DNA of 64,000 bases from Syntrophorhabdaceae bacterium (GTDB taxonomy: Bacteria; Desulfobacterota; Syntrophorhabdia; Syntrophorhabdales; Syntrophorhabdaceae), in the NCBI GenBank assembly GCA_963665295.1, contig OY762209.1, positions 5,184,001-5,248,000 of the forward strand, read 5' to 3'. The translations under genes and the position numbers were made by a program. Shown here piece by piece: positions 1 through 9,272 of the stretch. The notes beneath the pieces are model-generated. The model ran no database searches, was not told where the DNA came from, and saw nothing but the letters and a program-made list of their open reading frames with translations. How positions within the stretch are numbered: position 1 is the first letter of the stretch; each line of letters starts with the position of its first letter.

Positions 1-230
1 CCGGCCATATTGGCGCGTTCGAGGTTCGCCCCTGACAGGTTCGCTCCGGCCAGGTTTGCATCGGAGAGGTCGGCGCCCGAAAGGTCCGCCCGGGAAAGGT
101 CGCAACCCTGGCACATATGGGTGGCCTTCAGTCGATCCAATTGCTTCTTATCAAAGGCCGTCGCCCCGGAAGGGAGGAACAAAGTTGCCGCAAACACCGC
201 CATGCACACCGCAATCACCACCTTGGTCAT
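1..230 (-). CDS. Pentapeptide-repeat protein with signal peptide (3' part runs off the window)
   Basis: Minus-strand translation from ATG 230 (SD AGGAG): MTKVVIAVCMAVFAATLFLPSGATAFDKKQLDRLKATHMCQGCDLSRADLSGADLSDANLAGANLSGANLERANMA..., with typical A(D/N)LxG repeats. Absent from the ORF track because it has no stop in the window. Confidence 0.9.
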   Translation of the reverse strand, partial: MTKVVIAVCMAVFAATLFLPSGATAFDKKQLDRLKATHMCQGCDLSRADLSGADLSDANLAGANLSGANLERANMA

Positions 231-412
231 AGCTCTTCTCCTTTTCGTGTCTTCATTTCCCTGCAAACCATGTCTAATTCTGTGATAATCATCTCATACA
301 AGGATACGACGTATCCCCGAAAACTTGCAAGAAAATGATCACAGAGCTTCAGTGACTTCCACGTTTTCTCACGGGGCGCACGAGGCAATGGGGGATATTG
401 TCCTTTTCGCCC

Positions 413-441
413 TTGAGAAAAACACCTTGACGATATAGAAT
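413..441 (+). promoter_or_regulatory. Putative sigma70 promoter TTGAGA-N17-TAGAAT
   Basis: 17-nt spacer; ATG 450 lies 8 nt after the -10 with no SD sequence. Confidence 0.5.
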
Positions 442-449
442 AGACTTAC

Positions 450-800
450 ATGGAGTCTCTTACGAAAAAGACTGTCTTTGTATGCGTTCTCGCCGTGATG
501 CTCATGTCCGTTCTGTCAACAACGTTGATGTGCTATTCCCTGATCCCTTGCAGTGGGTCGCGTAGCGGAGAAAGCGGTCTGTGGCGCCACGAAGGCAACT
601 TCATTCCTCAGGAATGGGGTTTTCAGAGGACCATAACCAACGCCGCGTCCTCGAAGCCGGCATCGCCATATGCGGGGTTTATCGCGCAAATCGATCCGAC
701 CCTCTCCAAACCCGCCTCCCACGGTGCCTGTGTGACTATCGGCATTGCACCCATGGCTTCAGGCCGCATCTATCTGAATAACCTTAACCTCCGCTTCTGA
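450..800 (+). CDS. Hypothetical small protein with N-terminal hydrophobic segment (possible leader/regulatory protein)
   Basis: 116-aa ORF directly after a promoter; TM/signal-like N-terminus; C-terminus ...RIYLNNLNLRF. Confidence 0.5.
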   Translation: MESLTKKTVFVCVLAVMLMSVLSTTLMCYSLIPCSGSRSGESGLWRHEGNFIPQEWGFQRTITNAASSKPASPYAGFIAQIDPTLSKPASHGACVTIGIAPMASGRIYLNNLNLRF

Positions 801-944
801 TCCGGAGCGTCTTTGAAGCTGATCCAGTCAAGATAGGCTGCGTTTAAGGGCAGCAAAACAGTATTGAGGACCACGGCTTGAGAATTTGTGTCCCTTAGGA
901 CCATAGGGTCATCTCCCGGCAGTTATTCTCGGAGGTTGGAAGCA

Positions 945-2933
945 ATGATTGTCGATTACCTTTATTTGCTTATCGCTATTTTCGGGGTATCCGGAATAAC
1001 AATCTACTTTCTCGGTAAAGTACGGATACCGTCGATTGTGGGTTTTCTCATGGGCGGTATCATCATCGGGCCGTCCTGCCTCAATATCGTCACTCATACA
1101 CAGGAAATAGAAGTACTTGCGGAAATAGGCGTTATCATACTTATGTTCACCATAGGCCTCGAATTCTCCCTGGGGAACCTCCTCAAGATGCGGACCCTCG
1201 TCTTCGGCGGCGGCGCGCTTCAGATTCTTCTCTCCGTCTCCGTCGCGGCAGCCCTTTCTTCCTTCCTCCTCTCCGAACCTTTCCCCAAGGCCGTCTTCCT
1301 CGGTATGGTTCTCTCCCTCAGCAGCACTGCCATCGTATTCAAGATGATCATGGACCGGGGCGAGATGCACACACCATACGGGAAAACCACGATAGGGGTG
1401 CTCATATTCCAGGACCTTTGCGTCGTACTCTACATGCTCCTCATACCGATCCTTGTAGGCAAAGACACCAGTCCTGCAGTTTTCGCGTTGACTATATTGA
1501 AGGCCTGCATAGTGGTCGGGGGCGTCCTCTTCTCCGCCAGATGGGTGATACCGTGGTTGTTGAGGGAAATAGTCAGGACCCGAAGCAGGGAGCTTTTTAT
1601 TGTCGCTATCATAGTGCTCTGCCTGGGAACCGCCGCTTTGACCTCGATGCTGGGCCTCTCTCTCGCGTTGGGCGCGTTCCTCGCAGGTGTGATCATATCG
1701 GAATCTGAATATTCATCCCAGACCGTATCGGACATTCTTCCGTTGAAAGAGAGTTTCAGCGCCCTCTTCTTCATCAGTATCGGCATGCTGTTGAATCTGG
1801 ACGCCCTGGTGAGAAATATGGGCACTGTCTCGATTATCGTGCTCACAATAGGGGTGGTGAAACTTGTTACGGCAGCCGTGCCCGCGTATCTCACCGGCCA
1901 GTCCGTCCGGAACTCGGTGCGCTCGGGCCTTTACCTTTCCCACATAGGTGAATTCTCCTTCGTTATTGCGGTAGCGGGAAGACAAGCCGGACTCATGGCG
2001 GACGACACGTATCAGATCTTTCTCTCTGCAGCGGTCCTCACTATGATGGCTACCCCCTTTCTCATTTCCGGATCGCCCCGACTGTCGTTATGGATTGCCC
2101 GGATCCCCTTTCTTCGCGCGCTGGATGCGGGCAGGAAGGACCATGAGGGGTATTACCCGGAACAGTTGAAAGAGCACGTGATTATCGTCGGCTTCGGGGT
2201 CAACGGGGGAAACCTCGCCAAGGTGCTCAGTCATTCCAAGGTCCCCTATGTGGTACTCGAACTGAACAGCGAGACTGTGCGAAAAGCCAGAAGACTGGGA
2301 GAGCCGATTTACTATGGCGAAGGAACAAGCATAACAATCCTCCGGAAGCTGGGCCTTCAATCAGCCAAGGCACTCGTAGTAGCCATCTCGGACGCATCGG
2401 CTTCCCGGAGAATCGTAAAGATCGCACGAACCGAAAACCCTTACCTGTTTATCCTCGCGAGAACCAGATATGTGTCGGAGGTAGACGACCTGATCAAGAT
2501 CGGGGCGAGCGACGTAATACCCGAAGAGTTCGAAACCTCGGTTGAAATATTCTCAAGGGTGCTCAACCACTATCATGTGCCCCTGGAAACCATCAGGGAG
2601 CACATCGACGCAATCCGCGCCGACAGCTACCGCGCCCTGAGAACGGTCCATTTTCCCCGAAAGCCCGATATGGATATGCACGCCGTAACAAAAACCTCGT
2701 ACATGGCCGGACAAACCCTTGCGGAGGTCGGCCTCAGGGCCAGGACAGGCATTACGGTAATTTCGATAAGACGCGAGGATAAGGTATACGAGTTGCCGTC
2801 ACCTTCGTTTAAGATAGTCGAGGGGGATGTTCTCGTTCTCATGGGTAAGAGAAGAGACATGGAGTCCGCTATTGCGTATATAGAGACAGGTCGTATGGAC
2901 CGGCAAATTCAAAAATCACATACAGAGGAGTAG
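945..2933 (+). CDS. CPA2-family cation:proton antiporter (Kef-like) with TrkA-N and TrkA-C domains
   Basis: Many TM helices, LIFQDL motif, cytoplasmic HVIIVGFGVNG Rossmann (KTN) domain and C-terminal RCK_C. Start placed at ATG 945 after GGAGG. Confidence 0.92.
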   Translation: MIVDYLYLLIAIFGVSGITIYFLGKVRIPSIVGFLMGGIIIGPSCLNIVTHTQEIEVLAEIGVIILMFTIGLEFSLGNLLKMRTLVFGGGALQILLSVSVAAALSSFLLSEPFPKAVFLGMVLSLSSTAIVFKMIMDRGEMHTPYGKTTIGVLIFQDLCVVLYMLLIPILVGKDTSPAVFALTILKACIVVGGVLFSARWVIPWLLREIVRTRSRELFIVAIIVLCLGTAALTSMLGLSLALGAFLAGVIISESEYSSQTVSDILPLKESFSALFFISIGMLLNLDALVRNMGTVSIIVLTIGVVKLVTAAVPAYLTGQSVRNSVRSGLYLSHIGEFSFVIAVAGRQAGLMADDTYQIFLSAAVLTMMATPFLISGSPRLSLWIARIPFLRALDAGRKDHEGYYPEQLKEHVIIVGFGVNGGNLAKVLSHSKVPYVVLELNSETVRKARRLGEPIYYGEGTSITILRKLGLQSAKALVVAISDASASRRIVKIARTENPYLFILARTRYVSEVDDLIKIGASDVIPEEFETSVEIFSRVLNHYHVPLETIREHIDAIRADSYRALRTVHFPRKPDMDMHAVTKTSYMAGQTLAEVGLRARTGITVISIRREDKVYELPSPSFKIVEGDVLVLMGKRRDMESAIAYIETGRMDRQIQKSHTEE

Positions 2934-2940
2934 AAAAGAG

Positions 2941-3117
2941 ATGAACCCCTTCCTTGTTTCCATTGTAGCGACGCTCCTTCATATGAAGAGGATGTGCCCC
3001 AAGTGCAGGAGAGAACAGATACTGCCCCTGGCCGAGAAACACAAAACGGCGAAGTGCAGGTTTTGCGGGGCTGAAATGCCCCCTCCGCGCCATGGTCGCG
3101 GGACCCATGAGGCATAG
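2941..3117 (+). CDS. Small zinc-ribbon protein (58 aa)
   Basis: MNPFLVSIVATLLHMKRMCPKCRREQILPLAEKHKTAKCRFCGAEMPPPRHGRGTHEA; two CxxC motifs; GAGGAG upstream; starts 7 nt after the antiporter stop. Below the ORF-track length cutoff. Confidence 0.7.
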   Translation: MNPFLVSIVATLLHMKRMCPKCRREQILPLAEKHKTAKCRFCGAEMPPPRHGRGTHEA

Positions 3118-3242
3118 GCGGGACCCCGGATATTTGTCACGACGTGGAGATAATCGAGTCAGACGACGAGGCTCCCGGGCCTTAAGGCATCTTAACGGGC
3201 TTGCTCACCTGGTGACGGGGGAGGCAGAAGCCCTGCGATCCA

Positions 3243-3494
3243 TCACTCTTCTTCCCTGAGGAATAACTGGTGGTATTCGGATTCGGCCAGATGTTTTTTC
3301 AGCATCTTGCTTATGATATCAAATACCTCCTCCAAATCGTCATCGGTCATCCGTTTCAGGATCGTCTTCATCAAATCATCGTCGGAGAACTTCTGCAGGT
3401 ACACCTGTACCGTATCCTCATCGGATTGCCGGTCCAGGCCGTACCCTAAAAAACCGCCGAATGTTTCCACAAACTGATGGGAGTGCTTTGCCAT
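3243..3494 (-). CDS. Conserved hypothetical acidic cytoplasmic protein
   Basis: MAKHSHQFVETFGG...YLQKFSDDDLMKTILKRMTDDDLEE...HLAESEYHQLFL; protein-like composition; AAGGTG upstream. Confidence 0.7.
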   Translation of the reverse strand: MAKHSHQFVETFGGFLGYGLDRQSDEDTVQVYLQKFSDDDLMKTILKRMTDDDLEEVFDIISKMLKKHLAESEYHQLFLREEE

Positions 3495-3571
3495 AACCAC
3501 ACCTTATTTCCTGTCTGTATTTAATTGTAATCACTTCCCGCCTTTTCTTGCGGCAGGAAGATACACGCCCT

Positions 3572-3823
3572 CTATTCGCCTGATTTCATAACCGTTCTCA
3601 GTGCAGGATTGTCCGCCGACAATATGTTGGCGGTTTCGGTCTCGTCATCATAAATCAGGACCGCCAATCCTTTTTCAAGTTTACCTTTTACCTGATTGAA
3701 TTTTATCTCCGCCGAAGCTTCCACCGCGCCATAATCGGTGCCGTCCCTGGAGATGAATTCCTCGATTACGCCCCGCAGCGCTTCAGGGCTGAGCCTATCA
3801 ACCGGGACTATATGAATAGACAT
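3572..3823 (-). CDS. yheU: YheU (UPF0270) family protein
   Basis: LSPEALRGVIEEFISRDGTDYG...GLAVLIYD signature. Confidence 0.85.
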   Translation of the reverse strand: MSIHIVPVDRLSPEALRGVIEEFISRDGTDYGAVEASAEIKFNQVKGKLEKGLAVLIYDDETETANILSADNPALRTVMKSGE

Positions 3824-4173
3824 GTAAACCTGCTCCCCTTACCTCCGCCCACCGAGGACTGCGCATCAGATCCTGTATATCCTTCCTCGGAGGCTTAACT
3901 CTGTCATATCCCTTATCACTTGCCGTCCCCCAAGTCCAGGAAAATCCAACATGGGTTTGTTTCTCATTCAATCGGTCTTCTATTTCCGGTATCCATTATA
4001 TAAAATAGTCCAACTGCACCGGGTGGAGTAGGCGACGGCACAAGCCCTTCCTCTTTCTCTTTCTCCACCACCCACCGAACCCCGGCCCCTTTGCCGCCGT
4101 CCTTCCCGCGCCTCTTCACTGTGCAAATATGCGGTTGAACTGACAGGAAACCTGTTATAGAATTATAGTAGTC

Positions 4174-4455
4174 ATGGACGGTATAAAAACTATCGACGAC
4201 CTGATTGCATCCAAGAACCTTACCAAGGAGGAACTGGAACTCTTCGATGATCTGATCCGGGAAGCGCGGGAACGGGAAAAGCACTCCTCCGAACTCTCCC
4301 GCCTCACCAGGGACAACCTCGAGAGGCTCTCCGACGGCCTCAACATCATCGCGGAACGAACCGCCGAGATCGGCAAATCCATGGAACAACTCCTCGACCA
4401 CATGGAGACTCTCTATATCCGGTCCATGCCGGACTCCAAGTTCCACCGCGAGTAG
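4174..4455 (+). CDS. Hypothetical helical/coiled-coil protein
   Basis: 93-aa ORF preceded by TTGAAC-N17-TAGAAT (4135-4163). Confidence 0.6.
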   Translation: MDGIKTIDDLIASKNLTKEELELFDDLIREAREREKHSSELSRLTRDNLERLSDGLNIIAERTAEIGKSMEQLLDHMETLYIRSMPDSKFHRE

Positions 4456-4490
4456 ATACCCGGTCCTCTACCTCTTAGGTTCCCCCGAGT

Positions 4491-4757
4491 TTACCGGTGT
4501 TTGATGGTGAGTATCAACGCATAGGAAAGAAGTGCGAAGGTGACGGCGTTTGCGAGAATGATCGGGATGGAAGAGAGGAAGAACCCATAGAGCAGCCATA
4601 GGAAGACCCCGGTGCAGTTCAGGCTCATCATGAGAAGCGAGATGTCCCCCGACGATCTCGACCGCGACATCTTGATCACCTGAGGAAGGAACGCGAGAGT
4701 AGTGAAGGTTCCCGCCATCAATCCGAGAATCGTTACCGCATCAACGTTCTCCATCAT
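4491..4757 (-). CDS. SemiSWEET / PQ-loop family transporter
   Basis: TTLAFLPQVIK...S.DIS...LWLLYG...PIILAN; three TM segments. Confidence 0.9.
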   Translation of the reverse strand: MMENVDAVTILGLMAGTFTTLAFLPQVIKMSRSRSSGDISLLMMSLNCTGVFLWLLYGFFLSSIPIILANAVTFALLSYALILTIKHR

Positions 4758-4972
4758 GACCGCACCTCGTTAACCGCATATCTAAGGAAAAGTGAAGGTA
4801 GGCGTTTGCGTCCCGGAAGGCTGCCGTTTCCGGCGACCTGTCCCGGTGCCTGCGCGCCTGTGTGAAACGCGCCGCCCGGAGTCTCAGCGTTCTACCCGTT
4901 GCGGCCGCACCGCGGCTATCCCCACCGTTATGCGCCGCCTTTTTTTGGTAGAATCTGATTTAGTATGATCAG

Positions 4973-5001
4973 GCAGGCCCCGATGAGCCACCGGGGCCTG
5001 C
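4973..5001 (-). terminator. GC-rich hairpin after the cold-shock gene
   Basis: GCAGGCCCCG-loop-CGGGGCCTGC; lacks a clear U-tract on the coding strand. Confidence 0.45.
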
Positions 5002-5010
5002 TCGTGTGCT

Positions 5011-5211
5011 TTAGATTTTCACAACGTTTGCCGCATGCGGACCTTTGGGACCGTCAACCACATCGAAGCTTACAGCCTGACCTTCGGACAGAGATTTGAA
5101 ACCGCTGCCCTGAATTGCTGAATAATGAACAAATACATCCCCGCCTTCCTCATTGGTGATAAATCCGAAACCTTTTGACTCGTTGAACCATTTAACAGTC
5201 CCTTTTGCCAT
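5011..5211 (-). CDS. Cold-shock protein (CspA family)
   Basis: [15 protein letters not shown] (RNP1) and DVFVHYSAI (RNP2); SD GGAGG. Confidence 0.97.
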   Translation of the reverse strand: MAKGTVKWFNESKGFGFITNEEGGDVFVHYSAIQGSGFKSLSEGQAVSFDVVDGPKGPHAANVVKI

Positions 5212-5443
5212 AAAAAAAATACCTCCCTTTAAAAATTAAAAAGTTGAAGATAACGGAACTGTCACAGATAGACTACAAAGCATAAATCTTTGCGGTTCAC
5301 AATAACAAAGCTTCCGAAACCCCATTTTTATTGTGGCACAGAATAAATCAAAGGTCAACATTATATTGAGGCCGGACGGGCAATCTTTTGCGCATTTTTC
5401 TCCCCCTTCACGGCCTTCATTTCCCCTTCGTGTCACCCTCTAT

Positions 5444-5815
5444 TCAGCTTGCCAGCTTAATAGTCTCCGCCTTGATCCGGTTCATATCATCTACGTACAC
5501 CTTACGCGGTTCAAAGGTTGCAAGCTCCGCTTCGGCGTAGGTCCCGTAAGTGGCAATGATGATTATATCGCCTTTTCTTCCCTTATGGGCAGCAGCTCCG
5601 TTGATACAGATAACCCCGGAGTTCCGCTCTCCCTTTATCGCATAGGTGCTGAAACGTTCCCCGTTCGTGACGTTGTAAATGTCCACCGCCTCGTAAGGGA
5701 TGATATCTGCTTTCTCCAGCAGGGCCTCATCGATGGTAATACTGCCCTCGTAGTCAAGGTTGCTTTCCGTGACCCGAGCCCTGTGGATCTTGCCTTTCAT
5801 CATCCGTCTCTCCAT
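5444..5815 (-). CDS. panD: Aspartate 1-decarboxylase
   Basis: KIHRARVT...YEGSITID (Gly-Ser pyruvoyl cleavage site), RFSTYAI, NGAAAH. Confidence 0.97.
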   Translation of the reverse strand: MERRMMKGKIHRARVTESNLDYEGSITIDEALLEKADIIPYEAVDIYNVTNGERFSTYAIKGERNSGVICINGAAAHKGRKGDIIIIATYGTYAEAELATFEPRKVYVDDMNRIKAETIKLAS

Positions 5816-5816
5816 G

Positions 5817-6662
5817 TTAAGCCTCCATCAGAATTGTGTTGTCAATAAGTCTCGTCTTGCCCACGCGACAGGCGATTGCGAGAAGGACCCTGTTACCGGT
5901 CTCTTCCAGCTCCTTGAAAGTGTCCGCGTGAGAAATACTGACGTACTCGATACTGACCCCTCCCTTGGAGTTCAGTACCCTTTCCACTTCCCCCCTTATC
6001 ACCGAAGCATTTCTCTCACCCGCCCTGAAAAGCGCTTCCGCCTTCCTGAGGGATGCATTTATAAGCAACGCCTTGTCCCGCTCTTCGGGACTAAGATACG
6101 TGTTTCTCGAACTCATGGCAAGCCCGTCTTTCTCCCGGACCGTGGGAAAAGGTACTATCTCCACATCCATATTGAGGTCCCTCACCATCTTCTCGATGAT
6201 TCTGAGTTGCTGAAAATCTTTCTGTCCGAAAACGGCGAAATGGGGTTTGACGATATTGAAGAGTTTGTTCACCACTGTCGCGACCCCGACAAAGTGGCCC
6301 GACCTCGTCTTGCCGCAGAGGTAGTCCTCCAGGCCTTTCACCTCGACAAAGGTCGAATAGCCTTCAGGATAGACATCTTCAGCCTCTGGGTAAAAGATAA
6401 TGTCTGTCTTCTCTCTGTCGAGAAGCGCGGCGTCTCTCTCAAAGTCCCTCGGATACCTGCTCAGATCCTCCGTGGGGCCAAACTGGATGGGGTTCACGAA
6501 GATGCTCACCACAACCACATCACTCAACTCTCTTGCTTTTCTCACCAGCGCGAGATGCCCCTCATGGAGGTAACCCATGGTAGGTACGAAACCGATCCGT
6601 TTACTCTTCCGTAAATCGTCGGCCAGGGACTGCATTTCTTTGACTGTTCTTACAACTTTCAT
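5817..6662 (-). CDS. panC: Pantoate--beta-alanine ligase
   Basis: [43 protein letters not shown]; start at MKVVRT. Confidence 0.97.
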   Translation of the reverse strand: MKVVRTVKEMQSLADDLRKSKRIGFVPTMGYLHEGHLALVRKARELSDVVVVSIFVNPIQFGPTEDLSRYPRDFERDAALLDREKTDIIFYPEAEDVYPEGYSTFVEVKGLEDYLCGKTRSGHFVGVATVVNKLFNIVKPHFAVFGQKDFQQLRIIEKMVRDLNMDVEIVPFPTVREKDGLAMSSRNTYLSPEERDKALLINASLRKAEALFRAGERNASVIRGEVERVLNSKGGVSIEYVSISHADTFKELEETGNRVLLAIACRVGKTRLIDNTILMEA

Positions 6663-6663
6663 A

Positions 6664-7461
6664 TCAATGGAAGGAACGGGCGTCATCAGGGAAGACCCCT
6701 TCCTTCACCTCTTTTATATAGGCTTTAACCACATTGTCCATCTCCTCGCGGAGATTCATGTAGCTCTTCACAAACTTCGGCCGGGAACCCTTAAGGAGTC
6801 CAAGGAGATCGTGGATTACAAGAACCTGTCCGTCGCAATCCGGTCCCGCCCCTATGCCGATGGTGGGGATGGAAAGGATCTCACTCACTTCCTTCGCAAG
6901 TTGTCTCGGCACACATTCAAGAACAACCGCAAATGCACCCGCTTCTTCCACTGCCCGGGCGTCCTCGATGAGCTTCATCGCTTCCTCTCCCTTGCCCTGC
7001 ACCTTATAAGCGCCCATCCTGTGTATGGATTGCGGGGTAAGACCAACGTGTCCCATTACCGGTATCTCTATATCAACGATGGCTCTGATCGTCTCTTTCA
7101 TCTTGACGCCGCCCTCGAGCTTGACCGCAGCCGCGCCGCTCTCTTTCAACATCCTTCCCGCGTTTCTCTTTGCCTGTTCGATGCTCTCATGATAGGACAT
7201 GAAAGGCATATCGATCACGACGAGAGCCCTTTCCACGCCTCTCGATACCGCCTTCGTATGATGTATCATCTCATCGACGGTAACCGGTATGGTAGTGGAG
7301 TAACCCAGCATGACATTGGCGAGGGAATCTCCCACCAGTATGCTGTCGATGCCGGCTTCATCCACTATGCCCGCAGTCGTGTAATCGTAGGCGGTGAGCA
7401 TAGTAATCTTCTCTTTGCCTTTCTTGCCTTTGAAGACCGGCACGGTGACTCTGTCTTCCAT
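6664..7461 (-). CDS. panB: 3-methyl-2-oxobutanoate hydroxymethyltransferase
   Basis: MLTAYD, ILVGDSL, DMPF, VKLEGG, GHVGLTPQ, TIGIGAG. Confidence 0.97.
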   Translation of the reverse strand: MEDRVTVPVFKGKKGKEKITMLTAYDYTTAGIVDEAGIDSILVGDSLANVMLGYSTTIPVTVDEMIHHTKAVSRGVERALVVIDMPFMSYHESIEQAKRNAGRMLKESGAAAVKLEGGVKMKETIRAIVDIEIPVMGHVGLTPQSIHRMGAYKVQGKGEEAMKLIEDARAVEEAGAFAVVLECVPRQLAKEVSEILSIPTIGIGAGPDCDGQVLVIHDLLGLLKGSRPKFVKSYMNLREEMDNVVKAYIKEVKEGVFPDDARSFH

Positions 7462-7479
7462 TTACAACCCCCTCAAAAC

Positions 7480-7511
7480 AAAAAAACCTTCCGAACACGG
7501 TTCAGAAGGTT
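7480..7511 (-). terminator. Intrinsic terminator (attenuator) in the panB leader
   Basis: mRNA AACCUUCUGAAC-CGU-GUUCGGAAGGUU followed by a U-run, lying between the pan motif and the panB SD. Confidence 0.8.
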
Positions 7512-7531
7512 ATGACCACTCACATCTCCTT

Positions 7532-7564
7532 CCGTCTCGGTCCAGCATCATAGGATCCAAGCGG
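7532..7564 (-). ncRNA. pan RNA motif (cis-regulatory stem-loop with two bulged adenosines)
   Basis: mRNA CCG-CUUGG-A-UCC-loop-GGA-CCGAG-A-CGG; sits in the 5'UTR of panBCD, matching the described architecture and context of the pan motif. Confidence 0.75.
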
Positions 7565-7573
7565 TATAGGAAA

Positions 7574-7603
7574 ATTATAAGACCTATCTTCGACTGAAGT
7601 CAA
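7574..7603 (-). promoter_or_regulatory. sigma70 promoter TTGACT-N18-TATAAT for panBCD
   Basis: Near-consensus hexamers immediately upstream of the pan stem-loop. Confidence 0.7.
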
Positions 7604-7618
7604 CTATTATTTTCACTT

Positions 7619-8272
7619 TCAATCGACCCATTTTACAAAGGCGCCCACGTCCTCCCTCGGGGTCTTGAAACGGTTCAACGGGCTCTCCCAGTCGGGGTGC
7701 CCGAGGGCCATGCCTATGACCACGTCCTTGTTTTCAGGTATGTTCAGGTAGTCCTTGATTTCATCCTCATATGCGTTTATGAGGCCGATGGGACACGTCC
7801 CAAGACCAAAACCGGGGGTAATGAGGGTGAGGTAGCCAAGGACTATACCGATATCCACCAGACGGGCCTTTGAGAAGGCATTGTCAAGGCACAGGACCAC
7901 CGCAACGGGCGCTCCGTAAAAGTTGCAGCTCCCTTCGTTCACGAACCGGTCGAAGGAGAGGCCCATCTCCTCGAGACAGGGGTTCATGAGCCGAAAGGAT
8001 TCGACCCCTCTTCTGCTGAAGGTTTCGGAAAGGGGCTTCACGTTCCCGGGACTGCAGGATATCTGTTTCTCCCTGTACGACTTGACGAGCTTCCGGCTCA
8101 GCCTTTCCCTTTCCTCGTCCATTACCACGTAGAATTCCCACGGCTGAAGGTTGATGGCGGACGGAGCGTTGGTCGCGAGGCGGAGGATCTCCTCGACCGT
8201 CTTCCTGGGCACCGGGTCGGGTTTAAACGCCCTCACGCTCCTCCGTTCCCTTATCGCGTCAAATAAGTCCAT
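7619..8272 (-). CDS. Nitroreductase family protein
   Basis: AIRERRSVRAF, APSAINLQPWEF, FYGAP, GLGTC. Confidence 0.92.
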   Translation of the reverse strand: MDLFDAIRERRSVRAFKPDPVPRKTVEEILRLATNAPSAINLQPWEFYVVMDEERERLSRKLVKSYREKQISCSPGNVKPLSETFSRRGVESFRLMNPCLEEMGLSFDRFVNEGSCNFYGAPVAVVLCLDNAFSKARLVDIGIVLGYLTLITPGFGLGTCPIGLINAYEDEIKDYLNIPENKDVVIGMALGHPDWESPLNRFKTPREDVGAFVKWVD

Positions 8273-8331
8273 GATGCTCTCCCTCCGTCATTGTGTGGTT
8301 CTCCTTGGGAATAACCCGGCAACGGGTCCCT

Positions 8332-9156
8332 TCATTTCGTAAGCTCCGCATAGATGTTCACGGTTTTCTGCTCTTCTCTGTGGTCGATACCGTTCAGGGG
8401 AGCGTGGGCGGATTCTCCGTAGCCGACGAACCTGATGTCCCGAAAGCCTATGTGCCTGCATACAAGGGAAAGCTCGTCCCTGGAGTAAAAATGCACGTGT
8501 TCCCACCTGGTGTAGGCGCCGTCCTTACCCTCCACGTAACCGTCGTAGGTCTGCTTCTGATAGTGTTTTGCAAGAACCCCCTCGAGTCCCGGGAAGGAGA
8601 GCCTCAAGACTCCTCCTGCTTTGAAGGTCCTGTAAGCTTCGGAGAGGAAAATCATGGAGTCACTCTGGTTCAGGTGCTCCAGAAAGTCCTCACAGAAACC
8701 GAACTCAAACCAGTCATCCGGAAACGGGTGAGGGCCAACGAGATTGACGTTTTCACAGGCGAATCCCGGCTGGGTCTTGAAAAGCAGTTCCGCGTCCACG
8801 TTGAGCCACCCCTCAAGCATATTAAAGCCGCACGCGTAATGTATCCTCTTTAACCCGCCCGTAAGGTCAAGGCCCTTTTGCCGCGCCGCAAGGTCGGTCC
8901 TTTCGAGTTTCCTGATCCCGTAGCCGAATTTCCTGAGACCCGCCTCCAGTCCTCTCTTGGCGAGGCCGAGGACATAGACCTCGGCAGCCCGTGCCTTCGT
9001 CGGTTTGTTGCCCTGATCCGTCCTTACCCCCGACGGCTCGGGTCCGGAACATTCTTTTGCAGTCGTTTCTTTCAAAACATGCCTCCCCAGGACATTAAAA
9101 CCGAGGATTTGTGCGCCCTTCTCCTGTTCCCCGGAAGGTCGCGGAGCGCCGGTCAA
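8332..9156 (-). CDS. Putative class I SAM-dependent methyltransferase (true start uncertain, probably downstream of 9156)
   Basis: IHYACGFNMLEGWLNVD...PFPDDWF...EDFLEHL...RTFKAGGVLRL, resembling Methyltransf_11 proteins. Confidence 0.7.
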   Translation of the reverse strand: MTGAPRPSGEQEKGAQILGFNVLGRHVLKETTAKECSGPEPSGVRTDQGNKPTKARAAEVYVLGLAKRGLEAGLRKFGYGIRKLERTDLAARQKGLDLTGGLKRIHYACGFNMLEGWLNVDAELLFKTQPGFACENVNLVGPHPFPDDWFEFGFCEDFLEHLNQSDSMIFLSEAYRTFKAGGVLRLSFPGLEGVLAKHYQKQTYDGYVEGKDGAYTRWEHVHFYSRDELSLVCRHIGFRDIRFVGYGESAHAPLNGIDHREEQKTVNIYAELTK

Positions 9157-9272
9157 TGAGCAAAATATACCCGGTGATACCCCGTATTGTCAAGCGCCCC
9201 CGGCTGTTGCCGTGGGGGAATAGATGTATTACATTGTTCCATGGAGCATGCTCCGGAAACAGGGGTGAAGCG

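Noticed and set aside
10..285. Plus-strand ORF with RFAP/RSAP repeats
   Set aside because: Antisense shadow of the minus-strand pentapeptide-repeat gene, which has the SD and signal peptide.
820..885. Possible known cation riboswitch (nhaA-I, DUF1646 or c-di-AMP) upstream of the antiporter
   Set aside because: Hairpins are present, but I could not match the conserved nucleotides of any of these classes; kept only as an unassigned structure.
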